Below, piece after piece: positions 40,683 to 51,475 of a stretch of 64,000 bases of DNA. The stretch is from Psilocybe cubensis (Eukaryota): contig CM039009.1 in NCBI GenBank assembly GCA_017499595.2, forward strand, positions 1,984,001-2,048,000, given 5' to 3'. Under the pieces are notes generated by a model. It saw only the letters and a program-made list of their open reading frames with translations, made no database searches and was not told the origin of the DNA. Position 1 is the stretch's first letter. Each line of letters opens with the position of its first letter. A program made the translations under genes and the position numbers.

Positions 40683-43600
40683 ATGATAAGGCGTGGACGT
40701 GGCGGCCGGTCACGGCCTGTAATAGTAAACTGCAGATGCAAATCGCACTGCACAACGTTCAATGCCGCTACTGGACTCTATGAGGGAGATGGTATACTTC
40801 AGACACGTCCTACACGCGACAATCACATGAAAGACGATAGACTCCTGATAGCACTTTCTAATCACGCACCACAGCCAGTACATGTTCCTGACGGCAGCAC
40901 AGATGGCTCACCGTTTCAAGAGGTCTTTGATGAAATAGATATCATAATGTCCCAGTCACTGTCTGATGCTCTGCGCCCGTTTGACTTTGTAAACAAACCA
41001 GAAGACAATGGCCAATTTGTTTGGCCCAATGACGACGAAATTCTACTTCCAAATCATGGGCTATACTCGTTGAAAAACAGCCTTGTCAACAGAACATACT
41101 TACTTGCTGCGCATCGTCTTCGAGAAATCTACAACTGGGCAACAAATCCATTCATCCAGCACTCTGATGACATTACACCTTTATTGGATTGTATTATGGA
41201 GAAAATGGGAGAACTTGTACGGATGAAAGAAGTTCAGTGGTCTCAGCAGCGAGGAAATAGCCGCGTAGATGGTCCATACGTCAATACAGGTATGAAATCC
41301 CTTGTTCAAAAAGAATTATATTGTGCTGATTATAATACTGGCTTATATCGCAGATATATATTTCACACCTCTGCCTTCATTGAATCCGAGACAGAGGGTT
41401 GCTGTCTATATTTCCCTCGTCATGGAAAATATGTTTTTTGTACCGCGGCGAGCATTACGAACTTTATTGGCAGGCGCTCGATCTCTATTACGCTCTAACA
41501 ATGCATCCGAGACTGTTGTGGAAGAGATACCGGCGGATCCGCAGTCAGGAGCACATAGAGCACGCTTGAACCCTGAAACACGCCAATTTGTTGTTTGCCC
41601 AACCTGCCACAAACTATACCCATTCAAACCCGGTGATAGTCCTCTCAACGACAGTAATCCATTCATTTCAATTTGTATGCAGCGCCGCACCCCCGAGTCC
41701 AATGAGTGTAACACGCCTCTTTGGAAAGAAAAAACTACAAGCCGTGGGACCTCGTACCTAGTCCCAATTCGGAAGTACGTCCACCAGGATTTGAAGCATT
41801 GGGTCGGACGTCTACTCTCTAGAAAGGGGATGGAAGAACTTATTGACAAACAGAATGTGGATCTCAGCAGCACCTCCCCCACCTCACCCGTTAATGACAT
41901 TTGGTCAGCAAGTATTGTTAAAAATCTAGAAGATGGTTCTGGAAACAAGTTCATTCCCGGTAATAATGGCGAGGGGAGGCTATTATTTAGCCTATCGGTC
42001 GATAGCTTCAACCCATTCCACAATAAAACCGCCAAACAAAGTATATCATCGACTGGTATTTGGATGGTTTTACTCAACCTCCCGGCACATCTTCGATATC
42101 TCCACGAAAACATGTATGTTGCAGGTGTTATCCCCGGCCCAGATAAACCATCGAAGGAAGACATATATCCGTACGTTGAACTGGTTATGGAAGATCTTTT
42201 GGATTTTTGGTACCAGGGTGTTCGATTTTCGCGGACCGAGAGTAGCCTATTCAGCCGACTTTACAAAGCTATGCTCATTCCTCTGATTTGTGACATGCTG
42301 GCTGCACGCCAGATGGCTGGCCTGGGCGCTACAACATCTCATTATTTCTGCACCTTTTGCGAAATTGATCTTGACGATATAGACATTACAGATCGAGCAG
42401 AATGGCCGTCCAAGGATTTGCAACATATTCAGCATGTTGCTAACCTTTGGAAGAATGCGGCCAGTGAAAAGGAGCAGCAAACTATTTTCGAATCATATGG
42501 CATACGGTGGTCGCCTCTTCATACGCTTCCATATTGGGATGTTATCCGTTTTACTGTCATTGATCCTATGCACGCGCTTGACCTCAATTTATTCCAAAAT
42601 CATTGTCGCTCAGTCTTTCAAATTAACACAGGCGCTCAGGGTGGGGATGGTATTGGACCCTCACTTCCTCATGAGCGACATTTTACATCCAAAGATCACC
42701 TTCAGCATTTGCGACAGTGCCGGGAGCTCATCCGGTCTAACGACGATGACCTAATGACAAAGCTTCTTTTGCATCCGCGCCCTGTTCTGTATCAGATCTG
42801 CGTTGAAAATGACATCATTGGAGAAGGTCACCGGCGCATCATCGGGACAAAATGGATACTTGTTAATAACATATTGGCTTGGGTGAGTACTCATAACTAT
42901 TGTATTTTGGACAATGTGGATTCTCATTACGGTTATATTTTTATACAGAGGAACAGTCCAAATTATGTAGATGTCAGCACTTCCCCAGTTTCTCTGGATG
43001 ATGACCCATCCAACGATGAATTGGCTATATCACAAACTCCTATTCTTCCTTTGGATAGTGGCCTTGATCGTGCGCTTATCATTCGAATCTTACGACATCT
43101 CTTTGCTAGCGAAGATGTTGAGGCATCTCATTCTCGGGCATATGGCCAAGGGTCGGTTGCTGCATTTCTGTACATCTGTAATCTTGTGCACATATCCACC
43201 AGTGATGTCGATACAAGAAGGAAAACCGCAAAGCGGCGTTTATTTGACAAGATAATTGGAGAAGTAAGCATATATTTGATGCAGTTTCGTTTAACCTGTA
43301 AAATTAACACGCTCTTGCTATGCAGATAGAGCGAAATACGGGGGCGTCTCAAGAGCTGCAAATGTATATCCCCACTGTAGACGATTCTGCACGTCCTGTA
43401 CTCGGAATCGATGTCATGGAAGAAATTTGGTCTGAGATGACACGTACTCAACTTCCAACATGGATTACCCCCGCACCTCCCGACTGGGGTACATTCAGAC
43501 GGGGGAAACTTAGCGCTGACAACTGGCGAGTAATTTGCTCAATTCACTTGCCTATTACGCTTATTCGGCTCTGGGCAAATGGAACTGAGCGTAAACGGAG

Positions 43601-44735
43601 AATGCTTTCACATTTCATGGATCTCGTCTCTGCCGTTCGAATTGCAAATATGCGTGTTACATCTGAACTTCAAATCCAGGAATACAACCGTTATATGACT
43701 CGCTATGTGTCCAGGCTGAGGTCCCTTTATCCCGACCAAGCATTGAAACCAACACATCATGCCGCTCTTCATATAGGCGATATGTTGGGACTATTTGGTC
43801 CAAACCACTCTCATAGCGGCCCTCATTATGAGCGATATATTAATTTCTTCCATCGTGTAAATACCAATATGAAAGTTGGTACGTAGGGCCTCTACACATA
43901 TTCTACCATCAAAGCTGATCAACACTTTTCTAGGCGAATTAGAATCTACTCTACTTTACACATCTGCCCGGAGTGCAAACATTCGGGCTGCGCTTTCTGA
44001 CAATACTTCTCTGCGGAAATCAGTCATTGAACTTGTAAATGTCATGGACAATATCGACCAAGAGGACATTCGAGGATTTCGTTTGGCAACAATCCTTGAT
44101 CCTGACTCGCCAACATATACCCAGCGAAGCAAGTCTGATGTCGCTCCATTAGGGCAAGCGTATCATACTCAGCTCTGCGAACTTTTGGGTAGAGCTACTC
44201 ATACAATGCCAAGGGACGTAACATTTGTGAAAGAAATATCTCGCAAAGGAGTTTGCTACGGTGTTTCAGGAGCAACAACCTTCAAAAATAGTTCTATCAC
44301 ATTCCGATCTGACGATCCTCAGGACGCTGCTTCGTATGCCGGAATAACGACTCACATTTTTCACTATCGGTATCCCATATCCGAGAACCAATATGCCGAC
44401 GGCCACTTTCTCATTCTGCGAGAACTTGTTCCGATTGATACAACCATATTTGACCCTTACAAAAGCTTTACCTTTGGAGGATATCTTTGTAGGGAAACGG
44501 CGCAGACCCGAGTGATTAAACTCTCACAAGTTATATCACACTGTGCATTGACAAATCTTGTCACTGATCCCTTTAGAGGTTTATTTCACGTACTACCATT
44601 GGACAGGGTAAGCTGTTATTACCGCTTCACTGTTTGTCTCTACTGAGCGATGTTTCAAAGCTAATGCTGGAGTTTGATTCAATGGGTCTCAGCAGCCACG
44701 CGGAGGAAGCGAGTGATCAGGCCGCCGACCAATGA
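40683..44735 (+). CDS. CACTA/En-Spm Tnp2-family (Transposase_21-like) DDE transposase; ~6 exons
   Basis: CPTC; LLFSLSVDSFNPF; LLNLP..LRY..ENMYVAGVIPGP; LICDMLAARQMAG; FCTFC; IDPMH; KLSADNWR; KPTHHAALH...FGP...YERYI. Confidence 0.93.
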
Positions 44736-45015
44736 ATGTGCGCCGGTCACCCCGAACGACTTTTTCCGGAGTAGATTATTCATATTAATTATTATTTATG
44801 AGACGTACATGACATGTGGTCTGCGACCTGCCGGTGAAGAATGATGAAATATAATTGTTCTTTCGGCTTCGAATTCTTCTCAATTAATAAGCACAAAATA
44901 CTGTACAATCACAACAGCAGCATATTTTTCAAAGGGAAAGCTAGATATACGCATGTGATTAAATAACTAAATACTTTACATATGGAATCGGACATGAAAT
45001 CGACGAAGACGGGCC

Positions 45016-45042
45016 CGACTATATATGCCAAACCCCCCAGTG
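45016..45042 (-). repeat. Right terminal inverted repeat (...CAGTG)
   Basis: Complementary to 29140-29166; followed by TSD TGT. Confidence 0.93.
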
Positions 45043-45464
45043 TGTATAGCTTTCAATGTATTCCCAATCCCTTAAATTTTTGCAAATCAGATCCCCAGGC
45101 GACGATAGCACCAATGGTGTGTATGGAGGAAAGAACGTTGTATGACAATCCACTTATATGATGTGAATGCTACTAAGTCAAGGAATATTTAGTTGATATA
45201 CTCTCTTCCAATCATACTGTTAACAAAGGTTGTTTCGACATCAACAAGCAAGCTCAACCGAAGTTGCTCTTTATAGATAACTTCGCAGCTCACTGGTAAT
45301 TTTAGGAGTGCTGTGTCTTGTGGCTCCTTTCTGATAAGAGGTTCTAACCATGCGTTTTATTAACCGAGAAGCCTTGATTGTGGCCTTTGCTGACATAGAA
45401 GAAGAATGGGATTCAATATAATAATTGAACCTATCGTTTATTCCTTCCCTCCACAGAACCGAGA

Positions 45465-46538
45465 ATGCGTACCGTAATCCTTCTGGCTGCTCTGGGGCTC
45501 TCTGGAACTGTCTGTTCCTCTCCTCTCCGTGTTCGTGACATTCCTACCCCAGTTGATGGAGAAACGGCAAGACAATTCTTATCAGAGCGTAGGCTAATTT
45601 TTACCCTCCTAGTTTTAAGTTGCAACCTTATCAGGACCGCTACTTTTAGTCGTAGTTGCCGTCGACTCGAATGACCCACCGTATAGTCGCTCTCTATTCA
45701 AGACCTGGGATTTAAGTAATCTACTGGTCGCTCTTGTTTCAAGCGTTCGGCTCTAACTCACACACTGCAGTCTCTGGAAACTGTGATACACGAGAGAGTA
45801 AGCAAATCCTCTAACCTTCTTCTGTTATCCCTTTGCATTCTCAAATATATCCTTGTAGCGGTTCTCATTCGAGACGGCACTAACGTGGTCACCAACAAGG
45901 CGTGTGCCTCGGTATCTGGAAATTGGGTATCCCCATATGATGGTGTTCCAACGACGCTTGCCAGCGATCTCGATATTGTGAGAACTTTCATGGAAGATTG
46001 TCATTCTATAGCTTATGATCTACTTTTAGGACCACCTTGTCCCACTGAAAGAGGTATTTTCCCTTTATGTTAACATTTTCTAGAAGATACTCATTGAATT
46101 TACTATAAGGCATGGCTCTCAGGAGCCCGAGATTGGACTCCCGCTCAGCGTGAGGCCTTTGCGAATGATCTCGTCCGTCCTCAACTTGTTGCTATAACTG
46201 ATAAGTGAGTATCTCGACACAAGGTTTATTTAACGGTGTCTCACAAAACCCGCCTCTCCAGTTTGAATGATTCTAAAGGTGCGCCTAAGTGACAAGTTCG
46301 ACGAAGACCGTCAATCTCATTCAAGTGCGCCATCTTACTAGGTGATAGGGGTAAGTCGATTAAAAATAGATCGTTTTAAATCTGATCATGGTGCATAGAT
46401 GTCGCCCATTTTTTGCCTCCTCTTGCGAGTTATGTTTGCACATACGTTCGCGCATGGGTTACTGTCAAGCACTTTTATAACTTGACGATGGATACAGCTG
46501 AACAAGCTGCTTTGACGACACAGTTGGCTAATTGCTAA
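45465..46538 (+). CDS. Secreted DUF1524 / HNH-type nuclease-like protein, copy 2; multi-exon
   Basis: Signal peptide MRTVILLAALGL; CDTRE|TVLIRDG, WVSPYDG, DI|DHLVPLKE|AWLSGA, FANDLVRPQL, NDSKGDRD and CTYVRAWVTVK. Same intron positions as 16826-17894. Confidence 0.88.
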
Positions 46539-46934
46539 GCTGTGACGGGCAGTCAATATAATTGCGTCGAGTTTTCTATGCACCTTTTACGGTTAAGTGG
46601 AGTGATTCCTCGGTCGTCTCATTGTTCTTTTCCGAATTTTACCTGCAACTCATTCTGATTCCCGTGGTTTCTCGTTCTTAACGTCTGAGGGAAGTGAACC
46701 TTTTGTGCTGATTACCGTTATCTCAATCTGTCCTAATATGGGTGACATTGGGCGCCCCATTTTTCCCGGGCCTTTTGATATCATGAAAGAGATCCAAGTT
46801 GGCTTCGCTCATCATCGGTAGTTTATTCACTTGATCAAAATCCATCTAAGCGTGCGCCTTCCGGTGTATATAAAGAGAGTCCTGATTTTGCTGTCTTCTT
46901 AGCCGTCAGCTTACACCCATCATTCGCCAATACC

Positions 46935-47709
46935 ATGCAGGCTCCTACCTGCGAAAATATTTGCGTCAGGTCCCCCCTTGATGCTATGACTATTATCCAT
47001 GCTGCTCACCAAGGAATACTCCCATTGGTGCACCGCCGTCTCAACTCTGACGAACGGCGAGCCATACAGTCTGGCAATGTATATGTCTGGGAGCAGGGAG
47101 CACCTAACGCAGCTAAATCATCGGTAGGCATCCTTCGTAGAAGCCTCATGATTTAACACTGATCACTGCCTCCACAGCTGGGGGTTGAAAGATGGACAGA
47201 CTCAATATCATGGGGTCTAAGTAAGGCCAGGGATGTGAGTTATGCTTCGAAATTATTTATAAATAACATGATACACTTGCTTACAAGGTGTAATAGGATT
47301 TTGTTTTCTATAATGAAAAAGAACCCGCGCATCCCAGGTCTAATAATACTAGTACATGCTCGAGTAATTCAAGGTATGTCATTTATGCAGCTGTAAAACA
47401 AAACGATAGTAGAACAAAGTTGTAATCTCCGGCCCAAAATTTATTACAGGAAGCCACTGGTCAAGCAAACATACTCCGTATTCGTAAGGACACAAACTGG
47501 GAGGAAAAAATGGAATCTAAGTAAGCTAGCATAACCTTACTCACTGCGTCGAAAAAATAATTATTGCCATAATAGCTGCGTACTTCTCACAAGACTCGGT
47601 GGATCAACTAGGCAGGGTTGAAGACCACATGCAGCTTAAAGAGCTCAATATTCCGGACGGATTGTATGTATGTGCGCGTTCTGGTCAGAATAGGCTATCC
47701 AGGATGTAG
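46935..47709 (+). CDS. Gti1/Pac2 (WOPR-domain) family protein, compact form
   Basis: VRSPLDA...GILPLVHRRLNSDERRAIQSGNVYVWE, ERWTDSISWG, LVKQTYS and KWNL.AYF; TATATAAA at ~46867. Confidence 0.88.
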
Positions 47710-48406
47710 TGAACCGTACGGTGATCATTCTATATGGTACGCAATAGATTACGCAAGTTAAAGCAATGGTAGTTTCTGGATGCTTTGATGCGGATTTTTT
47801 TCGGTGGGGGGATAAATGTTTGCGGCGGACGTCACCTACTATTTAACATACAGTTGTGTCTATTGAACTTGGGGTTTTCTCAAGCTTTACTCCTGGACAA
47901 CTCTTGGAGGCCCAGTGAGTACTAGGAAAAGTTGATCACAGGTTGATCATAAGTTGTGCCATCCCTGAGTATACATCTGGTATACATCCGCTTGTGTGTT
48001 GCAGAAGAAGCTTGCTTGCTTGTTTAAAGCTTAAAGCTTAAAGCTTAAAGGACGACCGTTTCGTTGGACGTGAGTGTCTCGGACGCGGAGTGACGACTTT
48101 TGCCACAAAGTTGGGGCTTTTATGATTTATTTGCAGCTGTTTGGCAACAAACGGTGGTGGCCTTGTTGCCCGATTACACGTCAATGATTTCATTTTTTAG
48201 CCGAGGTGTTTGGTTGGCTTTAATGCTTCTCGCTCGCGTCCGTCCTGTCATCTGGCCGTGTGCTGCATGCAACACGTAGAACTCACGATTTTTGAGGTAT
48301 TCCGTTTCTCGCAATTAGTAGCGCCTGCTAACTCTTCAGAAGCCTATCACGCATCGGGACTATTCGTGTCGATTTCCGATCAGGGTGCATAAAGCAAGTA
48401 TTCCAA

Positions 48407-49591
48407 ATGGCCAATACAACTCAACCAAGACTTTATAGCCGGGTTCATCAAGGCGACCGAGTCAAGATCACTGCGGGCGAATATGTAGGCCTGGTGGGAT
48501 ATGTACGCGCGGAATCGGACAAAGAAATGTCAGTATACCTGGAATCCCAGGATGTTACTATCGACATCATACGGCATAACGTGAGGGCAAACTACCTTGT
48601 TGGTGATAAGGTTCGAGTCGCTCAAGGTGACAATATTGGAATGACGGGAGTGGTAGTGGAAGTCGAAGGACGGAGGGTGCACGTTGTAGACTTGGTGAAT
48701 GAATCTGAGGTGAGATTTCCTACTCACTACAAATAGCACATTCCAGCTCAATCTGCCAAGGTGTCTGTTAGATCTGAGTTGCTAGAATTTTTCGAAGAAG
48801 CTGCTCAAATTGCACTACGGCCTCTGAAACGTCACAAGGGAGACATAGGACCACGAGACCCCAACAATATTTACAACGGTAAAAGCGTTGCTGTCAGTGG
48901 TTTGCACTCCGAAAAGGGTTATCATGGTATCATCAAGCACACACACCCAGACGGCCATGCAGACGTAGAGTTAGAGGCGAAACAGCAGCGACTGCAACGT
49001 TTTCCTTTGCATGACCTCATTATTCTGTAAGTACACTCGTGTCTTTAGGCTGTATAAGATTCTGATTTTGTTTTCCTAAGCCCAGCCTCAGAGAACATGA
49101 ATAGTTCCGCAACACAGGACGTGGATGGTTCGCGAACACCTCCTGTGTTGTCACCAATGCGGGATCTATCACCTGCATGGAATCCTGCTTCTGCGACACC
49201 CGAGCCCACCGAACAGTCTTCAGAGGACCTCTCTTGTTTAAACGATGACCGGTTACATGGTGTCCGAATCATGCTGACGACTACCGACGCAGGGCCCTCC
49301 GCGCCAATAATGGAGTTCACCGGTATCAACGATAGAGTGGTTAGTGTCAAGATGCGTGGTCAGATTGTACAAAAGTGCCTTTCCCAGATTCTGCTAGTGC
49401 ATCCAACCAAAGCGGGGGATATAGTGACACCACGGCAAGGCCCATGGGTTGGACAAATCTTCAAAGTTCGAGAAATAATTGAAGATACTTGCAGCATTCA
49501 CAAAATACCCGCAAAGAAGTTGAACAAGAAAGAAAGCCACCCTACGATGCTCAGAATAGAGTTGCTATGCATGTATCTCCCATACCGTTGA
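48407..49591 (+). CDS. KOW-repeat protein resembling a partial Spt5; 3 exons
   Basis: GDRVKITAGEYVGLVGYV, GDKVRVAQGDNIGMTGVV, GKSVAVSG...KGYHGII, SPAWNP and GDIV...GPWVGQIF. No NGN domain visible. Confidence 0.7.
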
Positions 49592-51475
49592 AAACAATTC
49601 ATTATATTGTTATTGAAAACGTCAATAATGCAACAACATCAATCAGAGTTCACGATGCATAGATATCTTTTCGACAATGTTCCTGTGGAAGATAATATCA
49701 AGGTGCCTCGGAACAGAAACAAACTTCGGAAAATGTCGTCTACGACTCGGTCAAAATCATCCAATGGTAGCGGTGAAGGCGGTGTTAATTCTCAGTTACT
49801 TTTAGAGGATGAATGCCCTAAAGCAACAGATTATTCTGGGGAGGTTTCTTCGGAGCACGACAGACCATACGGCTCTTACATTGAAACTAACACTGCATCT
49901 GCTTCCGCCGGCACGTAGAATCTACTAACCAATTTCTTTTATTAATTTCCTCCGCCGTCGAGTTCCCGGCATTTTCACAGAGTCGGACCTTAGTATTAGC
50001 CCTCATGTAATCTTTTATATGCAATAATGCACTAGCTTGATAGATATCACATACTGTGACCCCCGGCGGTGCGACGGTGTTCCACCCTTTGCTCATCCGT
50101 AGACAATTACTTGTTGGAGAATGTTCCAGGTGGTTCGCTGAGTTAATGGATAATCTGCTGACTACAGCTAGAGCAATCATGCACTTTACTTTATGACTCG
50201 TACGCTTATTTGGAGGCTCAGCTGTCAGTGAGCGATTTGTTGAAGCCAATCAGGGGACCGGAATACGTCATGCATTAGTGATCAAATGATCGTCAAACCC
50301 TTAATTGGTGTCGCACAAATGCCTCGCCAAGGATATGTAAATAAAGGAAAACACGGTCGCAGGAACATAAAAGAGGGCAGCTAAGGAATGGAGGCCCTCA
50401 GAATCCCAATCTTCCGCCTCTCTTACTTGAAGAACCTCAAAGCCTTTACAAACATGATGGTAAATTCGCTCCCTTAACCATCTGTAGATCATCATCTCAC
50501 TAACTTAACCCTTCCACTTAGACCATTCAGAGCACCGTTGTATCCCGTGCCAGTGGTTGCACCTGCACATCGTGCAAGTGCGGTGACAAGTAAGCTTATT
50601 CATCTGTTTTATGCTCCCAACACCATACGGATATTGACCAACTTTTTAGATGCGCTTGTGGAACCCCTGTCTCCCAATCATCCGCCAACGGCTGTGGTAG
50701 CTCCACTTGCACCTGCGCATCGTGAGTTCTGACTACATCCATATATCGACTTATCACTCATTATATTGCAGGTGCACTTGCAAGCCATCCGAATGCAAGT
50801 GTTAAACGCGTACTCTCTTCAGTTGACTCTCGTACTAGAGAGTCGATCATCTTAATTTGATTCCAGTGGATCCTCTTTCAAACTGCCCAATTATTTTCTG
50901 TAAATTGGCCCCGCTTTTTAATTAAATTTTTACCATGACCAGTAAAATTGGATGTATGTATAAACTTTCCGGGTGTTTTACTTCTTCTCGTTTGAGAGAA
51001 TGTGATTACTTCCTCAGAAACATGCCTACCAATGCGTTACCGCGTGTTGTGGAGTGGGATGAACCAGCCTGAACCAGCCTTGATATTTTTCATGAAACTC
51101 CACGACACTTCAGGCCTCAAGAGTTATTCCCATCCTACCGAACAATGGATTGATGATATCATGGGCGTGTATATGATATGTAGTTACCTGACCGATAAGC
51201 TCCGCAGAACATTTCGGCGTGTTGTCGGTAAAACTTTGTTGGTTTCCTCAGTTCAAATTCTCATTAGAAGATGCGCAAAATCACAGAGGACACAACCGGA
51301 GGATCCTTGAGGATTTTTTTGACTCTTCGGCTCCTTGACTAATACCTCGCACAAAATAGAGCCAGTGACTCGAAGGAAGACTTGATGGATTCGATGTGGT
51401 TACCAGTGCCGTACTCTTCCAAAGCATTGATACGCTGTTAATCACAAATACGCAAACTGAGTCTGTTATAGTTTT

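Larger units (their letters stand above)
29140..45042 (+). mobile_element. Complete 15.9-kb CACTA/En-Spm-type DNA transposon with passenger genes
   Basis: Left TIR CACTGCGGGGATTGGCATATATAGTCG (29140-29166); right TIR CGACTATATATGCCAAACCCCCCAGTG (45016-45042); 25/27 complementary. TGT at 29137-29139 and 45043-45045 is a 3-bp TSD. Internal Tnp2-family transposase. Confidence 0.93.

Noticed and set aside
41406-42164. 252-aa minus-strand ORF
   Set aside because: Antisense to the conserved core of the Tnp2 transposase.
49607-50860. Possible spliced gene downstream of the KOW gene, with a repeated GCACCTGC.CATCGTG motif
   Set aside because: Exon-like pieces exist, but I could not assemble a coherent reading frame or recognise a domain.
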